56,371 nucleotides of DNA from an uncultured Clostridia bacterium. Its GTDB lineage: Bacteria > Aerophobota > Aerophobia > Aerophobales > B3-G15. The notes beneath the pieces are model-generated. The model was not told where the DNA came from. It saw nothing but the letters and a program-made list of their open reading frames with translations, and made no database searches. Both the position numbers and the translations under genes were made by a program. Of this stretch, positions 19,282 to 29,547 are shown piece by piece (within the stretch, counting starts at the first letter, position 1; each line of letters begins with the position of its first letter). Location of the stretch: assembly GCA_964482715.1 (NCBI GenBank), contig CAYZYX010000007.1:1-56371 (forward strand), in the 5' to 3' direction.

Positions 19282-19743
19282 TTAGTATTGAGCCAAAACC
19301 TGTTCCACTCTACCTGGAGTCATCTTACCAAAATAATCTGAATTTATCATCATCACCGGGGCTAAGAAACAGGTTCCCAAACAGCGAACTGTTTCCAGAC
19401 TGAATTTAAGATCTGGAGTGGTTTCACCTGGATTTATCCCCAGTACCTCCTGTAATTTACTCAAAATTCTACTTGCTCCTCTCACATGACAGGCAGTTCC
19501 CAGACAAACACGAATGGTGTTTTTACCTCGCGGTTCAAGATAAAACTGGGAGTAGAAAGTAACAATTCCCCAAACCCGGCTCTCTGAAACTTTCAACCTT
19601 TTGCAAATATAGGAAAGAGCTTCCCTGGGCAGGTAGCCGAATATACCCTGAACTTCCTGCAGCACCGAGATGAGGGGACCAGGGTCACTCTCATATTTTT
19701 TCAGCACTTTTTCTATCTTTTCTCGGTCCTCCGGAGAAAGCAT
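19282..19743 (-). CDS. nuoE: NuoE/HydC-like 2Fe-2S subunit
   Basis: VCLGTACH and CLGTC 2Fe-2S ligands, TFYSQF. Confidence 0.92.
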   Translation of the reverse strand: MLSPEDREKIEKVLKKYESDPGPLISVLQEVQGIFGYLPREALSYICKRLKVSESRVWGIVTFYSQFYLEPRGKNTIRVCLGTACHVRGASRILSKLQEVLGINPGETTPDLKFSLETVRCLGTCFLAPVMMINSDYFGKMTPGRVEQVLAQY

Positions 19744-19785
19744 TTTAAAAATCTCCTCTCTCAGGTATGATTTAAATTGAGAGTT

Positions 19786-19814
19786 ATTTTAAGGAAATAA
19801 AGGAAAATTGTCAA
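19786..19814 (-). promoter_or_regulatory. sigma70 promoter of the nuoE-nuoF/gltD-fdhF-mobA operon
   Basis: TTGACA-17-TAAAAT on the minus strand. Confidence 0.7.
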
Positions 19815-19825
19815 GAAACCGCATT

Positions 19826-20562
19826 CTGAATGTCAATTAAATTTTCTGTAAATTACCTCCAGGATAAAGGAAGATATACCTGAGACGAAATGTTAAACAA
19901 ATTCTCCTCCTCACCTTTGCTCTTTCAAAAAAACCAGGGGGTAAATAAGCTAAATTCCCTTATTGTTCTTAATTCTAAGAGATTAATCTGAGGCTCACAT
20001 AGGACTTTTCAGTTCTCAACTGAAGGAAATTTTGCTCTCAAGATCAAAAGAAATCCCTTATATAAGCCTTAGTTGCAGGAAAAGAAAAACAGGCAAGAGT
20101 ATCCTCCAGTTTCTGGGTGAATTTAGGATAGACGCTCTCGTACTTTTCCATAATTTCTTTTGTCCTCATCAAGGCAAAGTATCTTGCAAAAAGCTGTGTC
20201 CGGAATCTACCTTCTCTGTCCTGGGGAACAAGAAGTCCTAAGGTCCCCCCTCTTCTTTTTAACTTCCTCGGTTTGCAGCTGTTACGGTAGTCACACCTTT
20301 TCATCTTGTCTCTGATACTTACTGCATAGAGAAACTGAGTTATCTCCACATCTTTAAGCTTTTGGTAGAAGCTTTCAACCTGTCTTTTTAGAAAATCCTT
20401 ATCGTTTAACACCTGCCTCTTGCACTTCATTGAGTTTTGAGCTATTCTTATCTTGGGCCATAAGCTTTTCCTTTTTGATAAGGTTTTACCAATTTTCCTT
20501 ATCCTGGAGAAAGTAGCCCTTTGTCAAGGGAAAGTCTTTTACAGAAATTATAGAACATAATC
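19826..20562 (-). mobile_element. Internally deleted IS256-family element
   Basis: Degenerate TIRs (TGTCAATTAAATTTTCTGTAAA / TTTACAGAAATTATAGAACAT); transposase fragments inside; a homologous end occurs at 56212 onward. Confidence 0.75.
20044..20430 (-). pseudogene. IS256 transposase remnant
   Basis: LLVPQDREGRFRTQLFARY (IS256 VPRDR-G-F motif) joined directly to the C-terminal YPK...LACFSFP; DDE core deleted. Confidence 0.75.
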
Positions 20563-20626
20563 ACCCGGCACAAAAATATCTTATAATTAATAAAAAAGAA
20601 AAAAGTTATCTTTAAGATGCTAATTC

Positions 20627-21433
20627 ATGGAAGAGAAACTCGAGCATCTGAAAAAAATTTTGATGGAGATGGAAAGTGTTCTAATTGCCTATTCAGGTGG
20701 TGTGGATAGTACTTTTCTCTTAAAGGTGGCCAGAGATATTCTTGAAGATAAGGTCATAGCTGTAACAGCTTTATCACCAATCTATCCAGAAGAAGAGGCT
20801 GAGGAAGCAAAAAAGATCGCCAGAAATTTAGGAGTAAAACATTTGTTGCTGGAGACTCGAGAGCTGGAAGATCCAGACTTCACCAGCAACCCGCCCGAGC
20901 GTTGCTATTACTGCAAAAAAGAGCTTTTCTCCCGGTTAAAAAATCTGGCTACAGAAAACAAAATAAAATGGGTAGCTGATGGGTCAAATCAGGACGATAC
21001 AAATGATTTCAGACCGGGAATGCAGGCTGCCAGAGAGCTTGGAATAAGATCACCTCTTAAGGAGGCGAAGTTAACCAAGGATGAAATTCGTGAGTGGTCC
21101 AGAAAGATGGGTCTGCCCACCTGGAGAAAACCATCTTTTGCCTGTCTTGCCTCACGTTTCCCCTATGGTGTAAGTATAAACAAGAGGGACCTTGAAAGAA
21201 TAAATCAGGCAGAAAGATTCCTGAAAAACCTCGGCATACATCAGGTAAGAGTGAGGCACCATCAGAATATAGCTCGAATTGAAGTGGAAGTTGATGACCT
21301 GCCAAAACTTTTAGACAAGCACCATCGGTATGAAATTGTAAAAAAAATCAAAGAACTTGGCTATACTTACGTAACGGTTGATCTTGAAGGGTACAGGAGC
21401 GGAAGTATGAACGAAATTTTAAACAAAAAATGA
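20627..21433 (+). CDS. larE: ATP-dependent sulfur transferase LarE
   Basis: AYSGGVDS PP-loop, RCYYCK, D.RPG, PSFACLASRFP, VRVRHH, GYRSGSMN. Confidence 0.93.
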   Translation: MEEKLEHLKKILMEMESVLIAYSGGVDSTFLLKVARDILEDKVIAVTALSPIYPEEEAEEAKKIARNLGVKHLLLETRELEDPDFTSNPPERCYYCKKELFSRLKNLATENKIKWVADGSNQDDTNDFRPGMQAARELGIRSPLKEAKLTKDEIREWSRKMGLPTWRKPSFACLASRFPYGVSINKRDLERINQAERFLKNLGIHQVRVRHHQNIARIEVEVDDLPKLLDKHHRYEIVKKIKELGYTYVTVDLEGYRSGSMNEILNKK

Positions 21434-22224
21434 ACGATAGTATCAATGATGCTCAGGAAATTGAAATTTTTCGTCTTACTTCAGGAAAAAAAATAAAGGT
21501 CAAAGATAAAGTAATAAAAGAAATACCTCTTACCATTTTTGTCAATAACATCAAAATTGGGACACTTCTTTGCACTCCTTCTAAACTGAAATACCTTGCC
21601 CTGGGATTTCTTCTCTCTCAGGGAATAATAGGATTTAATCAAAAAGATAAGGTTAAGGACATTTATCTTAACCCGGATAAAAATTTTGTTAAGATAAAAC
21701 TGGACCTTCCCGAGGAAAAAATCAAAACCTCACATCTTGAACCCCACGAACTTTCTTCCTGTGGTGCGTGCACCTTTTACGACAATTTTAAAACAAGATT
21801 TTTGATGGTACCCGATTCGGGGTTTCAAATTGACAGAAAAACGCTTTTTTCCCAAATGGAGGAATTTGAAAAAAAATCAGCCCTGTTTAAGATTACCGGG
21901 GGAAATCACAGCTGCGCTCTGTGCAACAAAAATGGGATTGAGATATTAACTGAAGACATCGGACGGCACAATGCACTGGATAAACTACTTGGCTGGTGTT
22001 TTCTGGAAAAAAAAGATGTAAAAGATGGATTTATACTTTTAAGTGGAAGAATATCCTGGGAGATTGTGGACAAAGCTTCTTTAGCCTCAGTTCCTCTTAT
22101 TGCCTCTCCTTCAGCTCCAACAGATCTTGCTATTTCTCTGGCCAACAAATTAAATCTAACTCTGGTTGGCTTTCTCCGTGAGAAAAGGATGAATATCTAT
22201 ACTCATCCCCGAAGAGTAACCTAA
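21430..22224 (+). CDS. fdhD: Formate dehydrogenase accessory sulfurtransferase FdhD
   Basis: [30 protein letters not shown]. Confidence 0.93.
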   Translation: MNDSINDAQEIEIFRLTSGKKIKVKDKVIKEIPLTIFVNNIKIGTLLCTPSKLKYLALGFLLSQGIIGFNQKDKVKDIYLNPDKNFVKIKLDLPEEKIKTSHLEPHELSSCGACTFYDNFKTRFLMVPDSGFQIDRKTLFSQMEEFEKKSALFKITGGNHSCALCNKNGIEILTEDIGRHNALDKLLGWCFLEKKDVKDGFILLSGRISWEIVDKASLASVPLIASPSAPTDLAISLANKLNLTLVGFLREKRMNIYTHPRRVT

Positions 22225-25094
22225 TTTGATTGTTTCAAAACTTCCCTTAAAATCTGTCCCGTATAGCTTTTTTCATTCTTTGCTATCTCTTCGGGTGGAC
22301 CACAGGCAACTATCTCTCCACCTTCATCCCCTCCTTCGGGTCCTAAATCTATTACATAATCGGCAACTTTGATCACATCGGGATTGTGTTCAATTACCAG
22401 TACCGTGTTTCCTTTATCCACGAGTCTGTTCAAAACATTCAGCAGTTTTTCAATATCGGCAAAATGAAGTCCTGTTGTAGGCTCATCCAGGATGTAAAGG
22501 GTTTTACCGGTTCCAATTTTTGAAAGTTCTCTTGCCAGTTTAACTCTCTGAGCCTCTCCGCCTGAAAGAGTGGTGGCTGGTTGACCAAGCTTTATATATC
22601 CAAGTCCAACATCATAAAGAGTCTTCAGTTTTCTTTTAACCTGTGGAATATTACCAAAAAACTGGAGCGCTTCTTCAACCGTCATCTCAAGAACATCAGC
22701 TATATTTTTACCCTTGTATTTGATCTGGAGAGTTTCCCGGTTATACCTTTTTCCTTTACAACTGTCACAGGGAACATAAACGTCAGGCAGAAATTGCATC
22801 TCTATTTTTATCATTCCCTCACCTTTACACTCCTGACATCTTCCCTTCCGAACGTTAAAACTAAATCTTCCCTGAGAGTAGCCCCTCATTCTGGCTTCTT
22901 CCACCCGGGCAAAAATCTGACGAATAGGAGTAAAAAGACCGGTATAGGTGGCTGGATTAGAACGAGGAGTCCGACCGATGGGCGATTGATCAATAACTAC
23001 AACCTTATCTATGTACTCCAGACCCTCAATCCTGTCATGTTTTCCAGCTTTGTCCTTGCTCTTATAGAAATACTGAGCCAGAGCCTTATAAAGAATATCC
23101 TCCACCAAGGTGCTTTTGCCAGAACCCGAAACTCCCGTTATACAGACAAACATCCCCAGCGGGATGTTTACGGTTATATTTTTTAAATTATGTTCCCTTG
23201 CTCCAATAATCCTCAGGAACTTATTATCTGTGGGGGTCCTTCGAGAAGAGGGAAGAGGAATTTTGAGTTCTCCTTTAAGGTATTTACCGGTTAGACTGCG
23301 AGGACAGTTCTTTATGTCAGCAACAGTTCCCTGAGCAACAATTTCGCCTCCATGTTTGCCAGCACCCGGACCAAGGTCAATAACGTGGTCGGCAGCCTCT
23401 ATGGTAGCCCTATCATGCTCTACTACAACTATTGTATTTCCCAGATCACGCAGCTCTTTCAAGGTATCAAGAAGATGCCCTGTATCTCGAGGATGCAGAC
23501 CAATTGTTGGTTCATCGAGTATATAAATGACACCTACAAGTCCGGAGCCTATCTGAGTGGCCAGACGAATTCTTTCGGCTTCACCTCCGGATAGAGTTCC
23601 TATTCGGCGATCCAGAGTGAGATAACCAAGCCCCACATTGACCATAAAACCGAGACGCTTCTGGATTTCCTTTAAAATTTCTCCAGCAATAAGTTTTTCC
23701 CTGGAGGTAAGTTTAAGGGAGGAGAAAAATTTCTGGCATTCCTTAATGCTCATTCTCACCACGTCATAGATGTTTTTCCCCTGTATTTTTACGGCCAGAC
23801 TCTCAGGACGTAAGCGTGCTCCTTTGCAAACAGGGCAGGGAGTTTCTCTTATGTATTTTTGTATTTCCTCTTTTACGTAATCTGAATCACTTTCTCTATA
23901 CCTTCTTTCAAGATTAGGAATCACTCCTTCAAAGGGAGCCCAGTAAGTGTAATAGTCGTTACCTCGATATTCGGTAAATTCAATTTCCTCAGAATCAGAA
24001 CCATAGAGAATTATCCGTTGAATATGAGAAGGAAGATCTTTAAAAGGAGTATCCAGCGAGAACTTATAGTGCCTGGCCAGGGAGGCAAGCTGGCGGAAAT
24101 AGTAACGTGAGGCTGTTCTTGCCCAGCGATAAAATCCAACTCCCTCTTCCCAGGGAGCAATAGCTCCCTGTCTTAAGGACTTTTCAGGATCTGGGACTAC
24201 AAGCTCCGGATCTACGGTTTGCTGAGTTCCCAGTCCGTTACAGGCTGGACAGGCTCCATAGGGTGAATTAAAGGAGAACATGCGGGGAGAGATTTCTTCG
24301 TAACTTATCTCGCAGTAGGGACAGGCAAAGTGACGGGAAAAGGGGTACTCTTTTTCTTTACCGTTCGTCTTGAGGGTTACAAGAATTAGTCCGTTTCCAC
24401 GTTCGCTGGCAAGCTCCAGTGAGTCAGCAACTCTTGACTCAATTCCCTCTTTAACTTTTAACCTGTCTATTACCACTTCAATACGGTGCTTTTTGTTCTT
24501 GTCAAGAAATATATCCTCTTCCAGAGACCTTATCTCCCCATCTATTCTGACTCTAAGATAACCTTCCTTTTTAATCTCCTGGAGAAGATCCCGGTATTCT
24601 CCCTTTCTTCCTCTCACTACAGGAGCAAGTATTTGAATTGCCGTCCCGGACGGAAATTTCATGATTTGTTTGGTAATGTCTTCAATTGTCTGGGAGGAAA
24701 TTCTTCTTCCACATTTGTAACAGTAAGGTTTTCCTATGTGGGCAAAAAGTAGACGAAAATAATCATATATCTCTGTTAAAGTTGCTACTGTCGATCGAGG
24801 ATTACTTGAAGCCTTTCTTTGTTCAATCGAGATAGCCGGTGAAAGACCCTCTATATAGTCCACCTTGGGCTTGGACATCTGTTCCAGGAATTGGCGAGCA
24901 TAATTAGATAGAGACTCTACATATCTTCTCTGTCCTTCAGCATAGAGGGTGTCAAAAGCAAGAGAAGACTTACCTGATCCTGATAAACCGGTGATTACAA
25001 CAAGTTTGTTACGGGGAATCTCGACATCAATATTTTTTAGATTATGTTCCTGGGCTCCTTTAATTATTATCCTGTCCTTCCCCATAGCCACCAA
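22221..25094 (-). CDS. uvrA: Excinuclease ABC subunit A
   Basis: Two ABC ATPase domains ([16 protein letters not shown]), Zn fingers, LSGGE signatures; true start possibly ATG 25085. Confidence 0.98.
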   Translation of the reverse strand: MVAMGKDRIIIKGAQEHNLKNIDVEIPRNKLVVITGLSGSGKSSLAFDTLYAEGQRRYVESLSNYARQFLEQMSKPKVDYIEGLSPAISIEQRKASSNPRSTVATLTEIYDYFRLLFAHIGKPYCYKCGRRISSQTIEDITKQIMKFPSGTAIQILAPVVRGRKGEYRDLLQEIKKEGYLRVRIDGEIRSLEEDIFLDKNKKHRIEVVIDRLKVKEGIESRVADSLELASERGNGLILVTLKTNGKEKEYPFSRHFACPYCEISYEEISPRMFSFNSPYGACPACNGLGTQQTVDPELVVPDPEKSLRQGAIAPWEEGVGFYRWARTASRYYFRQLASLARHYKFSLDTPFKDLPSHIQRIILYGSDSEEIEFTEYRGNDYYTYWAPFEGVIPNLERRYRESDSDYVKEEIQKYIRETPCPVCKGARLRPESLAVKIQGKNIYDVVRMSIKECQKFFSSLKLTSREKLIAGEILKEIQKRLGFMVNVGLGYLTLDRRIGTLSGGEAERIRLATQIGSGLVGVIYILDEPTIGLHPRDTGHLLDTLKELRDLGNTIVVVEHDRATIEAADHVIDLGPGAGKHGGEIVAQGTVADIKNCPRSLTGKYLKGELKIPLPSSRRTPTDNKFLRIIGAREHNLKNITVNIPLGMFVCITGVSGSGKSTLVEDILYKALAQYFYKSKDKAGKHDRIEGLEYIDKVVVIDQSPIGRTPRSNPATYTGLFTPIRQIFARVEEARMRGYSQGRFSFNVRKGRCQECKGEGMIKIEMQFLPDVYVPCDSCKGKRYNRETLQIKYKGKNIADVLEMTVEEALQFFGNIPQVKRKLKTLYDVGLGYIKLGQPATTLSGGEAQRVKLARELSKIGTGKTLYILDEPTTGLHFADIEKLLNVLNRLVDKGNTVLVIEHNPDVIKVADYVIDLGPEGGDEGGEIVACGPPEEIAKNEKSYTGQILREVLKQSN

Positions 25095-25104
25095 CTGGTT
25101 ATTA

Positions 25105-25132
25105 ATTTTAACCTATTTGCCTGGCAAGTCAA
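25105..25132 (-). promoter_or_regulatory. uvrA promoter
   Basis: TTGACT-16-TAAAAT; a TTGCC-N-GGCAA palindrome covers the spacer. Confidence 0.55.
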
Positions 25133-25384
25133 TTTGGCTCAAAAGTTTTTATGTCCCGACCCCAATTTAAACTTAAAACGGAGGCTTTGCCTGGCAGAAT
25201 AAAACTGCTGCCAGCCAAAATCACAAAAAATAATCTTTTTCTTCCTTTACTTGAGATCTTGAAAAAAGTCTTTTGTTCTGGTTGGAAAATTCGGTTAAAG
25301 CTTAATTTCAAACCCCGGTTTGATAGTTTTAAGGGGGAGGTTCCCGCATCCCCCGTGAATAATCAAAAGTAAAAAAGGCTTTTC

Positions 25385-27898
25385 TCAATCTAATTTTATT
25401 AAAACAACGGGTTTTTGTGTAGTCCTTGATACTTCTTCCATAAAGTCTTTATAATCTGGATAACTGGATACGGAAATTTCACTTATCTTTCTTCCAAATA
25501 TTCCCTCATATAAAATAGCTCCATCAGTTAAATCATAACTTGAGCTAAAATAAAAATCTTCGGATTGTAAGCTGACATTCTCAGGAAGATGACTCACTTT
25601 GAATGTAGAGGGAACATAAATCTTTGCTTTATCTACCGATAAAGAGGTAGTAAAAAAAGTAAGAGAATAGATTCTTTTTTCTTTCCCCACTATGCCGGCT
25701 TCTATTTGGATACCGGGAATATTAAAAAGCCATACATCTCCTGCTTTCTTCAGGTAATCGGGAGCCGAAAAATTAATTTCCAGACTTACCGGAATATCAA
25801 GATTATCCAGATCACTAAAGCTGTAACTTATTAATTTTGCTCCTGGAGCAAGTGTATTTATCCAGTTTTCGATTAACTGCTTTCTTCTTGCCGGTTTTAC
25901 ATACTTTAAAGTTCTAAACTCCATATCGTTTACCCCGGATGTGAGAATCTTCATTCTGGCTTCAATACTGGCATCAGGCTTTATCCAGATTTCCATTCGG
26001 GTTTCTATTTTATTTTTTTCCGCCTCCACCAGAGGAACTCTTAGAAACTCTGCCTTTTCCGGGAAAAAGACAAGGGCAAGTTTTTCCTGATCAGCTCCGG
26101 GAATTTCACCAAAAGAAGCAGTCTCAGCTGTGGGATCCAGCCAGACCAGATTTCCGTCAATTTCGGCAACACAAATTGCATGATTAAACTGAGACATGGG
26201 TATTTCTTTTTCCAGTTTTCCCATCTCCCGTGTTCCAATAAGAGCGTAATAGGCAGGTATTTTTGCTGATTTAAACATAGCAATAAGAAGAGTGGTCTTG
26301 TCCTTACAGTCACCGTATTTGTTGTTAAAAACTTCCCCGGCAGAATGGGGCTTAAACCCGGCTATGCCAAATTCTAACCCCACATATCTTATATTAGAAA
26401 CCACCCAGTTGTAGATAGCTCTTGCCTTCTCCTCCTGAGTCATCTTACCCTCAATAAGTTCCTGTACCTTTTTTTCAATTTCGGGAGTAGGTTCAGCCTG
26501 ACCCTGACTTAAATTCCGCCACCATCTGGAAAATTCCTCCCAGCTTTTGAATGAAGAAACCATTATAAAAGGGGAAATATCAGCCCAGGGAGGCATATTG
26601 GGTTCAGCTATAATCTCGGGAACATTTTCTATTTTCCACTCGTAGATTAATAAATTGGAACTCTCACTAATTTCAGGCTTTACTTCTTTAAGTCTAACAT
26701 AGTGTATGTTTACCTTTCTTTCTCTGGGAATGACCAATTTAAGCTTGTGACGAAGGCATGGTTCAAAATACTGAATTCCATAGCGAAATTGAAAATCATC
26801 CTCATTTATCAGTTTACTGGTAAATATAGATGCTTTATACTCAATTATAGAATCCTCCACCACCTCGGGCATAGATATTATTTTCACCTTTGCATTGCTA
26901 TAAAGGGGAAATTCAGCCCATCGATCCACATCCTTTATATCCTTTTTACCCACCTTTACTATGGTACCATCAGGTTTTATGGTTCTGGCATAATCAATTT
27001 CGACCCTCTGATAGGTAGAATCGTAATCAATCTGGATTTCTCCGTATTTTTCTCTTCCTCTAACGTTAAATATCTTTATTATCCGGTGGATTTTTTCCAT
27101 CATGGTGTTATCTTCTTTTACAATATATTCGTGCTCATTTAAAAGTATTGCCGCCCCTGCCTCCGGATATTCCTCAGCACTCGGAGAGTTTAAAATTATC
27201 TCTCTTACCTCAGGATCTTCAATTTCTGCTACGGTAAGTCCTTTCCTTTCCTGTTTAATGTTCTCTATTCTTTTTTGAGCAATTTGAGTAAGTTTTTGAG
27301 AAGGGTACATTGATACAATTTTCTCGTAGGATTCAAGTGCTTCCGGAAAAAGTTTTTTCTCCTCGTATATTCTGCCAAGGTAAAAAAGAACTTCTGCATC
27401 CCGGGGATTTAAAGAATTGGCCTTTTCCAGATTTTCCAGAGCCTGAGTTAGCTGGCCCGATTTAAAATAGGCAAGACCCAGAAGTTTCATCACCTCAAAT
27501 TCTTTCTTCTCTTTTTTTAACCTGGAAAGTATATCAATAGTCTCTTCAAAATCACCTCTGGTAAGTAAAAGCTTTGCTAATTTCTGTTCAGCCAGGTAGC
27601 TTGTCTTTTCGTCTTTTGTAGCTTTACGGTACTCCTCAATTGCTTTTTGCAGAAAGATTTCTGCTTTTTTCTGGTAAAGCTGGCCTAAAAGAAGATGAGC
27701 CTCACCCAGATCGGGATTTACAGAGAGGATTTCTTTTAGTTCGGTAATGGCCTCTTCGATTTTTCCCTGCTGAATACAGTTTTTCACCTCTTCAAGAGAA
27801 ACCTCTGCCTGAGCCTGACAGGTCACAAAAATAGCCACAATTAAAAAGAAAAGAATAAACACTTCTTTCAATTTTGCTACCATTTGTTCACACTTCAC
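25385..27898 (-). CDS. Exported TPR + DUF3857 + transglutaminase-like protein
   Basis: Signal peptide, several TPRs, DUF3857-like region, GDCKD / FNH / WLD catalytic triad. Confidence 0.85.
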   Translation of the reverse strand: MKCEQMVAKLKEVFILFFLIVAIFVTCQAQAEVSLEEVKNCIQQGKIEEAITELKEILSVNPDLGEAHLLLGQLYQKKAEIFLQKAIEEYRKATKDEKTSYLAEQKLAKLLLTRGDFEETIDILSRLKKEKKEFEVMKLLGLAYFKSGQLTQALENLEKANSLNPRDAEVLFYLGRIYEEKKLFPEALESYEKIVSMYPSQKLTQIAQKRIENIKQERKGLTVAEIEDPEVREIILNSPSAEEYPEAGAAILLNEHEYIVKEDNTMMEKIHRIIKIFNVRGREKYGEIQIDYDSTYQRVEIDYARTIKPDGTIVKVGKKDIKDVDRWAEFPLYSNAKVKIISMPEVVEDSIIEYKASIFTSKLINEDDFQFRYGIQYFEPCLRHKLKLVIPRERKVNIHYVRLKEVKPEISESSNLLIYEWKIENVPEIIAEPNMPPWADISPFIMVSSFKSWEEFSRWWRNLSQGQAEPTPEIEKKVQELIEGKMTQEEKARAIYNWVVSNIRYVGLEFGIAGFKPHSAGEVFNNKYGDCKDKTTLLIAMFKSAKIPAYYALIGTREMGKLEKEIPMSQFNHAICVAEIDGNLVWLDPTAETASFGEIPGADQEKLALVFFPEKAEFLRVPLVEAEKNKIETRMEIWIKPDASIEARMKILTSGVNDMEFRTLKYVKPARRKQLIENWINTLAPGAKLISYSFSDLDNLDIPVSLEINFSAPDYLKKAGDVWLFNIPGIQIEAGIVGKEKRIYSLTFFTTSLSVDKAKIYVPSTFKVSHLPENVSLQSEDFYFSSSYDLTDGAILYEGIFGRKISEISVSSYPDYKDFMEEVSRTTQKPVVLIKLD

Positions 27899-27984
27899 CG
27901 ATTTTTCTTTAACTTTATCCTGCTTCCAGAACAGATGCCTGGCACAACTTCTTGAACAAGACCCTGTTTAAACAAGGATGCAGG

Positions 27985-28596
27985 TTAGATTTTTGAATAT
28001 TTTACCAGTTCAATCTGGCTTTGCAGCTTATTTTCCTCAAAGACTCTACTTCTAAGGGGCATAGCCAGGTCTGGATCAATGACCCACTCAACCAGAAGTT
28101 TATCCTCCTGAAAAAGCTGACACACGAATCCTTCTCTACCTCCCACCTTTTCCTTCGCTATTACTTTTACTGTTCCAGCACCGTAAAAATTCATCTTTTC
28201 TCCTATTTTTAAATCCATTTGAGTAAAAAAGAAAGAGTAGGCTGGATTCAACATCAGTATATTAAGCGAAATCCCATAAAGACTCCAGAATCCGAAAAAT
28301 GCCCCAGACTCAAGTTGCTCTCTGCTCAATGTTCCTTTGTTAATATAGGTAACCTCAAAAATATCCTCACCTTCCCCGGTTTTCTGATCGGTCTTCTTTA
28401 ATTCAAGCGCATAAATAGCCTCTTTTTTTTCTCCATTCTGCTTCCAGGTAACTTTATATTCGTATCTCTCATCTCCTCTAAACTGGTAAGGCTGCCACTT
28501 TTCAGCAAAGGAGAGGTTCCCAAATGCATAAAGACATATTCCGATTATCAACATACTTATCATAATTATCATAAGTTTTCTCTTTAAAACTCTCAT
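27985..28596 (-). CDS. Exported hypothetical protein
   Basis: Long ORF with signal-peptide-like N-terminus; ATG 28596 follows GGAGG (the ORF-track TTG at 28653 coincides with the -35 box). Confidence 0.75.
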   Translation of the reverse strand: MRVLKRKLMIIMISMLIIGICLYAFGNLSFAEKWQPYQFRGDERYEYKVTWKQNGEKKEAIYALELKKTDQKTGEGEDIFEVTYINKGTLSREQLESGAFFGFWSLYGISLNILMLNPAYSFFFTQMDLKIGEKMNFYGAGTVKVIAKEKVGGREGFVCQLFQEDKLLVEWVIDPDLAMPLRSRVFEENKLQSQIELVKYSKI

Positions 28597-28624
28597 TTTT
28601 TCCTCCATCATATATTTTGAGTAT

Positions 28625-28686
28625 AAAATAAGAGAAATTATAGTATTTGTCAATTAATTGACTGAAGAAAAATTTTTTAATAATAT
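28625..28686. promoter_or_regulatory. Back-to-back sigma70 promoters
   Basis: Minus strand TTGACA-17-TATTTT; plus strand TTGACT-17-TAATAT. Confidence 0.5.
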
Positions 28687-28710
28687 TAATTCCTTATACT
28701 GAAAAGGAGG

Positions 28711-29547
28711 ATGGAAATGCTGACAAAAAAATTCCCCATTCTGGAAAAAGAAAAACTTGCTCCTGGTATCACCTATTTTCAAATCAAAGCTCCATTGGTA
28801 GCAAGAAAGTGTCAGCCAGGGCAATTTATAATTTTGAGATTAGATGAAAAGGGTGAAAGAATACCTCTTACCATGACCGAGTATGATAGAGAAAAGGGAA
28901 CCATAAGTATAGTGGTTCAGGATGTGGGAAGAACCACCCACCAACTTTCTTTAATGAATATCGGGGATGTTGTAGAGGACGTTCTTGGCCCTCTGGGTGT
29001 CCCGACTCCAATTGAAAAAGTGGGAACAGTGCTGTGTGTTGGAGGTGGAGTTGGGGTAGCCCTTCTTTATCCGGAAGCAAAGGCTTACAAAGAGAAGGGA
29101 AACCGGGTAATTTCACTTATAGGAGCAAGAAGTAAGGACTATCTTTTCTTTCAGGATAAAATTGAAGCGGTATCAGATGAAGTGAAATACAGCACCGATG
29201 ATGGAACTTTCGGACATCACGGTTTTGTAACTGATCTGGTGAAAGAGATTTTGGAAGGTGGTGAAACAATCAATGAAGTGATAGCTATAGGTCCCCTTCC
29301 CATGATGAAAAGAGTTGCTGAAATTACCCGACCTTACAAAATAAAAACCATTGTAAGTTTAAATCCCATCATGCTTGATGGTACCGGAATGTGCGGAGGA
29401 TGCCGAGTAAGGGTAGGTGGCGTGGTTAAATTTGCCTGTGTTGAGGGGCCCGATTTTGATGCCCACGAGGTAGATTTTGATGACCTTATGAAAAGACAAA
29501 AAAGATTCCAGGAGGAAGAAAAAATCGCTCTTGAGAAAAAAAATTAA
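28711..29547 (+). CDS. nfnA: NfnA/SudB-type ferredoxin-NADP reductase small subunit (FAD, 2Fe-2S)
   Basis: PGQF, GERIPLT, GPLG, GGGVG, DGTGMCGGCRV, CVEGPDFD. Confidence 0.88.
   Translation: MEMLTKKFPILEKEKLAPGITYFQIKAPLVARKCQPGQFIILRLDEKGERIPLTMTEYDREKGTISIVVQDVGRTTHQLSLMNIGDVVEDVLGPLGVPTPIEKVGTVLCVGGGVGVALLYPEAKAYKEKGNRVISLIGARSKDYLFFQDKIEAVSDEVKYSTDDGTFGHHGFVTDLVKEILEGGETINEVIAIGPLPMMKRVAEITRPYKIKTIVSLNPIMLDGTGMCGGCRVRVGGVVKFACVEGPDFDAHEVDFDDLMKRQKRFQEEEKIALEKKN

Noticed and set aside
25129-25372. Two short ORFs upstream of uvrA
   Set aside because: No RBS or recognisable motifs; they overlap promoter and hairpin sequence.
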